Assembly: GCA_964016885.1 (NCBI GenBank)
Contig: OZ024753.1
Span: forward strand, 2,666,001 to 2,730,000
Source: Eledone cirrhosa
Lineage: Eukaryota
DNA length: 64,000 bases
Direction of reading: 5' to 3'
Positions 1-12,591 of this stretch are shown here, in pieces; position 1 is the stretch's first letter; each line of letters begins with the position of its first letter. Below the pieces are notes generated by a model. That model was not told where the DNA came from. It ran no database searches and saw only the letters and a list, made by a program, of their open reading frames with translations. The position numbers were made by a program, and so were the translations under genes.

Positions 1-1077
1 TATGTATGACTATACTAGGTTGGGTTAGTTGAAACAAGCTTGTAATAGTGTTAGGAGTATTATTAGATAAATTTTAATTATATGAACGTGAAATCAAAGC
101 ATATGTGCTAAGGTTAACAAGAAAGTCAATATATCTGGGTGGATATTGGATATAAAAAGCAAGTAGAGGATGGGAGGTCATATGAACAAAGGCAAGATGT
201 GTTGAATCATGAAAAAATGTTCAAACAAAAAGCATAAAGTAAAACTACCATTTCATTGATGAAAATGGGTTTTCTCTATAAATCCTTTCATTATATTTCT
301 AATGACACTGCTTATGATTTTCAAATAATTTTGAAAATAATAAAGAACTTTGAAGGAATTAAGACTATAATTAACCTTCTCATTATTAAGATGATTTTTA
401 ATGGGAAATTTTTAGATAAATATAAAGACTTTAAAATAGAACCACGATCAGTTTCAGGTGGTTTGGTATCAAAACAGCTAAATGCTTGCTGATATGTTTT
501 CTGATAATCTAATAATCTGAAAGCATGCATCTAAAAACACTATATATATATATATATATATAATATATATAATATATATATATATGTATATATATATATG
601 TAGATAAATCTGAAGATTATTTATGAAGATTATTTCTGAACACAGCATATATATGTGTAGGTATGTATATTCCCTCTGATAGTTTGTAAAAACTTTACAT
701 AGATCTATATGATATACATACCAACACACACATATATATCCTAGAAACGATCGTAAAATGATGAATTTTTTAATATAAGGAACTGTTTCTTTGTTTTTAT
801 TCATTATTTTTATTAATTTATGTATATATATATATATTTGCTAATCTAGCCATTTCATATAAATATTTAAATATGTATATGATGCAACACTGATTCTTTG
901 TTCCCTAATTATTATTATCGCTACTCTGCTCCCTAATAGCTTCAGATGCTCATCTTGGCACATACCGCCTGTGAACACAATCCAATTGCATCTTTACTAC
1001 TATATATATATAAATATACATGTACATGCGCGTGTGTATGTGTGTGCATATATACATATATATCATCATCATATATA

Positions 1078-1600
1078 TATATCATCATCATCGTTTTACA
1101 TCTGTTCTTCCATGCTAGCATGGGTTAGACGGGTTTTCCTGTTGTGAGCAGTGTCCAGTCGGCTGACCTTGTCTTTCTCATACAGGAACTGATTCTGGCT
1201 TGATTTCTACAGCTGGATGCCCTTCCTAACACCAACCTCATTTACAGTGAGTGCTGGGTGCTTTTTTCCGTGGCGCCTACACATCTACTTTACAGTGTGG
1301 GCTGGGTGCTTTTTTGCCATGGCACCTCCACATCCACTTTACAGTGTGGGCTGGGTGCTTTTTTGCCATGGCACCTCCACATCCACTTTACAGTGTGGGC
1401 TGGGTGCTTTTTTGCCATGGCACCTCCACATCCACTTTACAGTGTGGGCTGGGTGCTTTTTTGCCATGGCACCTCCACGACCACTTTGCAATGGGAGGGT
1501 GTGGTGCATATTGTCTATATGCTTCAGCTTCGGCTTGTTCCTGTGGGGGAGGGGTCTTCTGTGTTACTGCGTGACACCAGAGGTAACGGTAGTGTGTCAT
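1078..1600 (-). mobile_element. RTE-clade LINE 3' end (ORF C-terminus, 3'UTR, (TGA)n tail)
   Basis: MTHYRYLWCHAVTQKT resembles the RTE C-terminus. The UTR contains ggttggtgttaggaagggcatccagctgtag, and the tail reads cccatgctagcatggaa..gatgatga. Confidence 0.7.
1238..1488. repeat. 49-bp minisatellite, about 5 copies, inside the LINE 3'UTR
   Basis: Unit ctttacagtgtgggctgggtgcttttttgccatggcacctccacatcca, with tacag at 1243, 1291, 1340, 1389 and 1438. Confidence 0.95.
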
Positions 1601-2577
1601 ATATATATGTATGTGTGTGTGTATACATATATATATAAGCAATGACCCATATGTGTGTGCACATGAATGTACATGTAAGTTTTATGTGAAGAGACAGATT
1701 TAATTTTATTGCGTAACACACACACAATACATATATAGGATATGGATTTACTGGTTTGGTTATTTCATGAGAAAGGAGAGATATAGAAAGCGAAAGGAAA
1801 TATGTGTTTGGTTATTTACATATATTTTCAGTATATATTTCAGAAATTGATCAAATAGATAAAAAGTCTAGAGCTGTAAATACAGCTCAACCAGAAAAGC
1901 AAAATGGAAAACTGAAATAAAAATCTTAGATAAGGGCTGTCCATTGCAACAGATTCAATGTATTTTGTACATTATCATATGTTGTGAGACTGATATGATG
2001 TGAAAATTCTACATTGTTAGGGCAAGGAGAAGTGGGTAAAAAAAAGAGGAGTTGATCGTCAGATCAGACCAAGGAAATTGTTTTCATTGTTTTTTTTTCA
2101 TTGTAAATGCTATCTGATACTTGCAACTCCTGGTTGAAGTAGGGCAGAGCTGCACAGCATTTCATTAGGCATTTAACAATTCTGCCAATCTTCCACCCCT
2201 GGACTGGTACTTTATTTATCGACCCAGAAAGGATAAAAGGCAAAGTTAACCTTAGGAAAAATAAGATTTACTATGATTTCTTATATAGAGACCATTATGT
2301 TGCAACAATTGTTAAAGCAGATCCTGAATTGAAAATGTTAGGAAGCAGAAAACACAGAAATCTTCTACAAAGCCTTAAAGTTTCTTCTTGCTTAGAGTTT
2401 GTAAGGTAAAGGGTTCTATGAGACTAAGAAATATCAATCATATCTGCTGAGGACTGATTGATTGATCACTCGTTATACTGACCAGCAGATACAAACAATT
2501 CAATAAAGAAGTTAGAAAAATGAGAAATTATGAAAGACAACTGCTGACAGTCGAACTGACTATACAGATTAGTAGCT

Positions 2578-3193
2578 TCATATATATATACTATATATAT
2601 ATATAGTATATATGTATATAGTATATATATATATATATATACATATATAGTATATATATATAGTTAGTTTCAGAAGATCCCATTAAGGGTGAAAGCAGCA
2701 ATTCTTTACTTAAACTTTAATCTGTTATTTTAATAAATATATATATATATAGTATATATATATATATATATTTGGTGTATATATATATATATATATATAT
2801 ATATTTGGTGTATATATATACTATATATATATACTATATATATACACACATATATATATATACTATATATACACATATATATATACTATATATACGCATA
2901 TATATATATATACTATATATACACATATATATATATATACTATATATATATACACATATATATATACTATATATACACATATATATATACTATATATACA
3001 CATATATATATATACTATATATACACATATATATATATACTATATATATACATATATATATATACTATATATACACATATATATATATATACTATATATA
3101 TACATATATATATATATATTATATATATACACTATATATTATATATATACACTATATATATATTATATATACACAATATACTATATATATATA

Positions 3194-3233
<40 letters not shown>

Positions 3234-3249
3234 CACATATTATATATAC

Positions 3250-3283
<34 letters not shown>

Positions 3284-3532
3284 CACATATATATATATAT
3301 ATACTATATATATATATATATACTATATTTACACATATATATATACTATATATACGCTATATATATTATATATATACACTATATATATATACTATATATA
3401 CACACATATATATACTATATACACACACACATATATATACTATATATATATATATTATATATACACACATATATATACTACACACACACACTATATATAT
3501 ATATATACTATATATACACACATATATATACT

Positions 3533-3577
<45 letters not shown>

Positions 3578-3604
3578 TATGTATCTTCTATATATATATA
3601 TATA
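2578..3604. repeat. ~1-kb compound (TA)n/(CA)n microsatellite. Others at ~540, 9476, 12190, 12543, 16480, 31320, 34900 and 59280
   Basis: Direct inspection. Confidence 0.98.
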
Positions 3605-3903
3605 GCAATGTTATATTCTAAGTAATCAGGTGCTACTGACTTTGATGTTTCAGTCAGGCCACTTTGAAATGGACATCTTGCATGTGAGTTTAAGATATGA
3701 TAATACTTTAAATATTCAAACATTAACAAATTGACCATTCTAATACTGGTTGTTAGAGGGTAAATTCTATAAATTCTAAGTAGAAGAGTATCATTGACTT
3801 TGAAGGTTTTGTTTGGCTGCTTCACAGAGTTGCAGCTGTATTGACTATTAAATCAGTTAATCTGTGAATGTTTTAGATACTTTCCTATTGTAAACAGACA
3901 CTC

Positions 3904-3935
<32 letters not shown>

Positions 3936-5844
3936 CCCATCAAACTCAGCAAGAAAAAGTAAATGAGCAACAATTATTTTTATCAATTTGGGAAATATGT
4001 CCATATTTGAAACTGACTTACCTGAGTGGTCCAGAACAAGAGCAAGTTAGAGCAGCAGTACTTTGCAAAATCAGGATAGAGTTTAGTGAAAGAGAGAGAG
4101 TAAATAAAGAAATATACAGATTGGTAAGACCACCAGGTAGAATTGAGAAAAAAAGCTATTGCACTCCAACAAGCACTCCAACAAGCTGTAAAATATTTTC
4201 TGCTTCCCTGCCTTCTACTTATAAATTAGTTGCTAAAAAATACTAGCATGTTACATGCTCACTATTTTATATTAGTGGACATGTGACATCAATAATGAGA
4301 GCAATAGCATTGAACATATTAAATTTCTTGAGTCCAGGATTGGTATGCTATTTATACCATATACTGGGTATATGACCGATCATACAAATGGGAAACTTGT
4401 GTTTTGATGAATTTCTGTTTTGTATGAGAAAAACCCTGTAGCTTATGTCAATAACTGATATGTGGAAATGATTAAAAATAATAATGATATTTCAGTAATA
4501 TATTTCTAGGATATAATTACATAACTCTTTAGCATATATGTACAAATGACATACAAAATAATATATTTCTAAGTCATATGAGCAAGATGATATGATTTGA
4601 TTGGTCTAGCCTCAGAACACAAAAACTTGACTAAACCATGCATGGAAAATAGACGTTAAATGGTAATGATGGTTATGATGATGGTGACAATGTATTATTA
4701 TGGTTAATTCTGTATTATCAAATGAATTGGCAGAATCGTTGGAGCGTCGGAACAAATGCTTTGCAGTATTTAATTATGGTTCATTACATTCAGAGCTCAA
4801 ATCAAGTTGAGGTTAGCTTTGCCTTTAATCCTTAGGCGGAGGGTGAATAAAATCACTGAGGTCAATTTAATTGACTTTTCCTCCCTTAAAATTGGTGGCA
4901 CTGTGCCTAAATCAGAAACTATTATTATTAGTGATAAAATGGAAGAATTATTAGATTTCCAGACGAAATGCATTCACATTTTCTTTAACATTTTGACTTT
5001 AAATCTTGTCAGAGTCTAGACTATATTTCTCATCGTTCTGATTATGTAATATTTATAAAATGATTTTCAATTTCCAAGCAGTCATTTTTCTAAACTAATT
5101 TTTCACAAGTTACATATTCACTATTCTATCACATGAATATCTATAGAAAACTAAATGCTCTTTAATTTTTGTTAGTATTATATCTATTATTAGGATGGTG
5201 GATTGGCTGAATCAATAAAGAAGAAATAAAAATTCCTTGCTGTGCTGCGTTATGGCCTATTACATTTTGAGTTCAAATCCTGACATGGTCGACATTCCTT
5301 TTCATACTTCCAGGGTTATATACAGTTGATCGACAAGATCCCAGACATCACTCGCTTAATGAGTCGGGTGGAGCTTGTCAAATCAGACCAATTGCTAATA
5401 CTACCTACTGGTCACAAATCCAGGCATTAAGGAGTAACATGAAACAAAGTGTCTTGCTCAAGGACATAACGCACAGCCCAATCTGGAAATCGAACTCACA
5501 ACCACGTGATAATCAATTCTCTAACCACTCAGCCATGTGCATTCAACTCCAGGTTAAAATAGTACTAGTCAAATACTGGGGTTGATTTAATTGGCTTTCA
5601 CTTCTCCCTGAATTTGCTGGCTTTGTGTCTGAATTAGAAATCATTACTATTATTATCACTACTACTACTGATGTTAAATTATGTTCCATAATTTAACATT
5701 TATGTTCCCTAATTTAAAATTATGATGGAAGAATTTTAGATAAATATAAACACTTTAAAACAAACAGAATGGTCTCATAGAACCAGAAGTGGTTTCTGGT
5801 GGTTTGGTATCAAAAGTTGTTAAATAGACTGACTATATTTTCCC

Positions 5845-6315
5845 ACTTGAGGCAAGAGTGATTGTCTTGCTCACATAGGACTGTCTGGCGGGTTTTCTAC
5901 AGCTGGATGCCCTTTCTAACACCAACCACATTTACAGTGTGGGGCTGGGAGGTTTTTACCGTGTTGCCTACACGGCCACATTACAGCGTGGACTGTGTGT
6001 TTTTTTGTCGTGACACCTACACGATCTCATTTGTTTTGGCCTGGATGTTGTGGCACCAACATAACTTTATATTGAAAGGGGCGGTGTGGATGGGGTGGGG
6101 GTGGTGGGACGGGGGTGTATTTTGTTAGAGATGCCTACTGACTGTAATAGGTTTTACTTTGTATTTAGGTAAGGCGGGTCTTCTCTATTACTGAGTACCG
6201 CCAAAGGTCTCAGTCCAGTGACATTGTCTTGGAGAGGTCGGAATTTATTAGCTCGTCCCAGGTTTTTCTGGGTCTGCCTACTCCGTAGCTACCGTCTATC
6301 TTTATTGTTCTTCTC
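5845..6315 (-). mobile_element. RTE-clade LINE 3' fragment
   Basis: Translates IKIDGSYGVGRPRKTWDELINSDL..DLWRYSVIEKTR. The UTR is homologous to 1078-1600. Confidence 0.75.
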
Positions 6316-9300
6316 AAATTAGCAGTCATACTCTGAGATGGATTCAGTCAGCAATGACACTTTCCTACAAACATGTGGACCTGAGCTTTGGTAAGGAATC
6401 ATTATTGTAGAAGAGGAGGAGGGGAGGGGGAGAAGAAGAAAAAAGAAGAAAGAAGAAGTGAATCTAGAATTAGAGAGAAACAAATAGAATCCAAAGAAAG
6501 TAGTAATCTGTATCAACAAAGTATGCCACAAGAAAGAGAATGAAGTGGAATCAATGATATTGGCTAGGGAACATGTCCTTAATTTTCTATGATGGTAGAG
6601 AAGTAAGTGATTAAAAAAAATGTTAATATTATGTCAAATCCCCCTGGCTGGCCACATAGTCCATCTATGCAATCACTAGCATTGGAAAATGGTGATGACT
6701 TGGACTCCATTCCTCCAGGAGGCAAATGAAAAAGTGATAAACTAAAGATCACTTGTCGGCAGATATTTCAAGATGTCCAGTAGGCTATCGATATCACTTG
6801 TAATAAATCAAAAGAACAGCATTGGAGGATCAAGTGCATTGGAGGAAGTTTGTTGCCCAATGTGCTACCCAGCACTGGTGAACTTAAATTTAAGTAAAAG
6901 TAATAAATGAAGAAATCTGATAGATGATCCCCCATTGGTTTTAATCCTTTAGCATTTAAACTGGCCATATCTAGCCACAATTCTTTCACCTCTTAATGTT
7001 CAAACCAGTCATAACCAGCTACTCATACTTATATCAAAATAAATAATATCAAAATCTCATAGATTCGATATTATGTAAGATAATTATGTGAGATAAAGCC
7101 TTTACCATGAAAATACAATAGTAAATATAGAGTAATGTAAATGCTAAAGGGTTAATCAGAAGAATTGATAATTTGTTGATTGGTGGTAAAAATTGTAAGA
7201 TTTGTATCTTACACAATGACAATGATGATGACAATAAAATGAAAAGGTATTATCTGAAAACTGCAGATGTGGTTGAGTTAGCAGATAATACATTTAATGT
7301 TTACTATAGATTATGCTTAAGTTAGTAATATTTACAACGTTATATAAATCTGAGAATTATAGTATATCTGAGAATTATAAACATGATTAGTGAATTAAAG
7401 TGTTATAGCTCAAACTTGAATAATTTTCAAATATCTAAAGAACATGTCCCACCATGTTACTTGACAATATAAGCGGAGAGAAAACTGTCAAATTAACTGA
7501 CTAATCAAAAAATAATTGATTAATCAACAATCTTTAAGATTCTCCAAAATTAGTATTATGACTGTCAGGAAGTACAAATCCCTTTCGTTAAATCCACTCT
7601 TATTTCTATGTGATCACACTTCTCCTAGTCTTTCTTCTTGTATCATATCTTTGTATGGCATATATTTCTAAACTATATTCTGTGTCATCACTTTCTAACT
7701 ATTTTCATTCTCTTGAATCCTTGTAGTTTAGATGGACACAAGAGACGATAAACACAACTCTTTCTCTCTCTAGCAAATAAAATGTACTCAGTCTGTGGTT
7801 AAATGCCTAAAGTCTGAATCCAATTTTTTGTGAATGCCTATGGAAAGATCACATGATTGAGTGATACTGAAGTATAACTTAAGCTATACAAAGTTAATAA
7901 AACTCTAAATCCTATCTATATCCTTTATATTTTGTCTTTTTACTCCAGAAAATATATCTGTCTGATCCATATTAACATAAGCTGTAAAAGATTAAAATCA
8001 TATGTAAAAAGGTTGAATAGTCAGTTAATAGTAATCTAGTAAGAGCTGAAGCAAGGCATATAGCTGAATCTTAGAAAAGAAATACAAGCAGAGAGAAAGA
8101 GAGAGAAGGAAAAAGTAACAATATGAATATTTTTCATTGTAATAAGTGAATAAGAAAGAAAACTTCGATTTTGACTTAGTCTTTAACTCATAAAAATGTT
8201 GTTATAAAAATATAAACATATTTCAATACAGCTTTGTGAAAGAAAGTTCTTGTATTGTGAGTGCCTGAAGGAAAGTACAGTGAAACAGAGATACTTAATA
8301 TTCATTTCCCACTAACCCAGCACAAGTGAAAAATTTATTACAAAATAAAATATTTACAAAATCATATTTGAAAATGATAAAAGTAAATTATGAATATTTT
8401 AACTAAACAACAATAATATTGAATTCAGTTCGAAATGAAAGTGATTTAATATATGGACTTATTCTAATTAATCACAAGACCATTTTATAGATAGTAGGTC
8501 ACATGAAGTAATATCAGTTTTGTATTAGTACATATGTTTTCCAATACAGAAGAAATGAAAGCAAAAGTGATCTCTCTGATTTGAACTCAAAACTGTAAAA
8601 GTAAATAAAATAAGGTATATTAAATGATTCATTTGTTTAGGTTTATTTGCTTATGTAAAGGGGTTGGTGTTAAGAAGGGTTTCCAGCTCTAGAAACCATG
8701 TCAAACAGGGATTGAAATGACCCTCATAGCAGTCTCTCTAGTGTTGGTGCGAGACAAAAATACACCCAGTACAACCTGCAAGGTAATTATTGCTAGAAAG
8801 GGCCTTACAGCTGTAGAAACGATACCAAAAAAGGTTTGAAAGGGTTTAATTGTGCCAAGGACTCAACAAAATTTCTAGTGTTGGTAATCTAGATGATAAA
8901 AGCGTTCAGTATACTCTATAAATGGGTCAGTTGGGGAAAACCCACCAAACAAGCGGTCAGCTATGTCAAAGAGGATATAGCCTCCGTAGTATTGGTGCAT
9001 TGGAGTACAAGAAAGTTGTAAGCAAGAAATGGACGCTCAGCTCATCTAAAAGGTCAATATCTCTGATTGTGTACAAAAAAACTGATATTAGAAACTTCAT
9101 ATCAGTATTACACAATAAATATATTGTGCGTTGTTGTTTAGCTATATAATGATGGAGAAGAATATGTTGAGAATGTTCTGGCTGAAGGACCGGGGAGATA
9201 AGTAAATAACTAAATGTTAAAAGACTGGTTGTTTTTTGTAAGTGACACTACTGCATTGGTATGGACATTGAAGTCAAATAAAGGATATTAACTAAAGGAG

Positions 9301-9474
9301 CAAAATGGTGTGAGCTGATAAAGACGGGTGCTCATGTCAGAGTAATATTCAGGAATATGTAGGTCTCATAGCTTAAATGATAGATGATCAAGGAGAATAG
9401 CAATATACTCAAACCCATACAACCCATGCAAGCATGCAAAAAAAAAAAACACATAGAAACACAGATGCTGATTA

Positions 9475-9571
<97 letters not shown>

Positions 9572-9672
9572 AAGAGAGAAAGAGAGAGATAGAGAGAGAA
9601 AGGCAGAAGAAAGGAAGGGAGAGAGACAAAGAACATAAGGATTTAAATTTTCACAGCTTCACTACTCCAGTT

Positions 9673-12069
9673 CAGGGTTGCCAGATTAAAACCTAACCAC
9701 GAAGCCATACTATGCATGAAAATAAGAAAGCAAAAAGAAAGTAAAAAGGCAAACATATTTAAATATGGTTCTGATACTTACGTCATATGAAAAGCTTCAG
9801 ATCTTCTTAAACAATATCATCCACATTGGAACAAGTAGAATCTACAGCACAGACTTTATGAGATATAAAATCTTTTGGCATGTTTGGAGATGGAGTGAAG
9901 TTCTCACAACATTTCTTTCTATGCAGTAGTTCTGCCCTAAATCTCACAATAGCATCAACGAGTTTAAGCCGCATTTTATTTCGGTTTTATTGTTTCCTTT
10001 GTTCATTTTCTCTGATGATTCAAATGAGAATGGTCAACTGTTTGTATTGCATAATGGCATGTCATACTCACAGCAATTCGCAGCCATCTGGCTTTGACTT
10101 TCTCATCATTTCAAATTGAAGTATGTCTCACATTAAGTTGTGTTTGGCCTTGAGATGGAGTTCTCATACAGTGCTTCTCAGATTTTTCAGGATTTCAGAG
10201 GTTGTGCATTCTTGGAACAATATTACAATGGCAGAATTTCCAAGGCAGTGCCCCAGCATGGCCACAGTCTAATGACTGAAACCAGTAAAAGAATAAAAGA
10301 ATATGCCAAGTCTGAGATGTCAACAACCTTTTCACCCAAACAAAAAACCACTCCCCATTTACAATTGTATTTACAGCTGCTATCATAAGATGGTTTTCAT
10401 TTCTTTGGTGGCATAGTTATGGGTAAAGCACACAAATTCACAGCAAAGAACAAAGCACACACTTTTATAGTCACAGGTAATAATCAGAATAACCACAACT
10501 AGAATGTTACATGGGCATTTATCCACTGTTTGTATGCATATGTATAAATGTATTGCATCACTGTAAACACAAATGACGTTTCACTTTGTGTGTGTGTATT
10601 TGAGTATGTTCTTTAAAAACAAAAATAGAAACTTTTGCTGTATTTTTTACTATCAGGCTAAAATTTATTTAGTCAAAAATACAGCAAAAGCTTCTATTTC
10701 TATTTTCAAACTCGCTCGCTGTTTCAAAACAAACTTACTTCTTTAAAAACGTGGAGTACGTGTGTGTTTGCAAGTGTATCTGTGTGAAAGCTTCATCAAT
10801 GGAAGGGAAAAGAGTCACAGATTCCTCTGAAATCGCCCCTACCCCCGCTATTCTAAATATCAGAGAAAGGACATATGAAATATAGTTGTATCTTAAATAA
10901 GAGCTGATATGATTTCGATCATGAATCTGCTCAATAAGAATCGACTTGATATTAATCAACAACAACAGAACTACCACTTACAATATCACCACCACAATCA
11001 ACAAAATCAAATCAATACGATGGTCAACAATGACACTGTCACAACCTGCTGGTTGGTAGTACCAACAAGATAGCAATTTCAATTGTCAATGTATCTCTAG
11101 CTACATATTGTCTATGCTAAGCTGTTACACTCACAACACAATGTAACTGAACACTGACATGTGTATGTGGAGTGCAAATATTTTATATTTTAGTCAGTGT
11201 AGTAAAAGTAACATGATGTCATCGACATTATGAATATGGTGGTATTTGGTTTCAACATGGAACTTAACTTCATTTATATATCTTATGACTTAAGTATCAT
11301 TACAAACAACTTCATTTCATATCCATAGTCCAAGCTGGCATAAGCTGGATGGGTTGTCAATGTCTGAGTCAAGACAGGACAGATAAGCTTATCTTACTCA
11401 TACATTCAAATTTTTAACATGATTTCTATGACTGGATGTCTTTCCTCATGTCAACCACTTAACAGAGTGTATGGGATGTATTTTATTGTGACACCCATAC
11501 TAGAGATGTAGTTATGTATTTGACAAGACTGAAGTGTTTTCTCTACCCTATATTTCTATTCAATCATCAACCACTTTACAGAGTGTAATGGTATATTTTA
11601 TCATGGCACCAACACTAAAGGAGTTGACAAGCCCCTGACAAGAACAAAGAATCTTCTCTACTCTGTATTGTCTTGGTGTGTTCGTCAAGAAATTTACAGG
11701 GGGTACTGAATGCAATTACTCATACCACCAAAACTATAGTGGTTTTCCCACTCACTGCAGATTCTTCACCTTGTGCTACAAACTCCTATCTTTCATCATA
11801 TTTACTTTTAGTCTTGCAGTGCTTGTACTGCTGGGCAGGTGTTTCTCTAGTAAACAAGTAACCTGTCATAACAATCCTGTCATCTTTGCCATGAGATCAA
11901 ACAACAAACTAATATTCCATAGCCATCCAAGTAATAAAGAAAAAAGAGAGGAAAATAATACACAGAAAAAGCCAAAAAGCCAAACTAATATTACCAAGTC
12001 AGCTAAGTGAAAAAAAACAACAACTAAATTCCGGGTATTTGGCTTAAAAAAGCCAATCTGGCAACCCTG
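9673..12069 (-). mobile_element. Decayed hAT-superfamily DNA transposon (Blackjack-like termini)
   Basis: 15-bp perfect TIRs CAGGGTTGCCAGATT (9673) and AATCTGGCAACCCTG (12055-12069). The 8-bp flanks ctccagtt/ctcctatt match 6/8. A transposase-like C-terminal relic lies inside. Confidence 0.8.
9807..9984 (-). pseudogene. hAT transposase C-terminal (dimerisation region) relic
   Basis: Translates RNKMRLKLVDAIVRFRAELLHRKKCCENFTPSPNMPKDF...*, resembling the hATC K..RN+M....+DA+ motif. Upstream sequence is frameshifted. Confidence 0.55.
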
Positions 12070-12190
12070 CTCCTATTTCATGCCAACAGAAGATGATCAT
12101 TTTTTGATTACTTTGGCCAGCATGAATGAAACTTTGGATAACAAAGCTACAAAGTTTTAAATCCTAACACACAGACACACACACACAGAG

Positions 12191-12250
<60 letters not shown>

Positions 12251-12251
<1 letters not shown>

Positions 12252-12421
12252 CGAAGGAGTTGTGGTAAGGAACGAGATGGACCAACCATAATGCACCAGA
12301 GTACTCAATACTTAGGGTAGTAGAGTGGGTAATGTAATAGGAGAAAGTATTTCTGGACTTTAGTCCAGAAATAGCCGTCGAAACAGCTTGAGCTCTGCCG
12401 TCGGCGTCATACTTTCTCCTA
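12251..12421 (-). mobile_element. Family B element in (TA)n with inverted segments and a half-hammerhead remnant
   Basis: Shares gagtactcaatact..gtagtagagt with 28984-29160, and gtactcaatac with 16648-16863. Carries the IR taggagaaagtat/atactttctccta, the hairpin tatttctggact/agtccagaaata and GAAAC...GTC, but no CUGANGA. Confidence 0.5.
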
Positions 12422-12540
12422 TATATATATATGTTACAAACTTAAGATGATCACTGGGTAATTACTTTGGCCAGTATGAATGAATCTTGGATAAGAATGC
12501 TTACAGAATTTAAACAAAAAATCCATACACAATAGTACAT

Positions 12541-12591
<51 letters not shown>

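Noticed and set aside
1217-1645. Overlapping ORFs in several frames (also 18009-18618 and 18843-19475)
   Set aside because: They arise from stop-free tandem repeats.
2772-3605. 277-aa ORF and the other Y/I/H/T/C/V-rich ORFs
   Set aside because: These are translations of TA/CA microsatellites.
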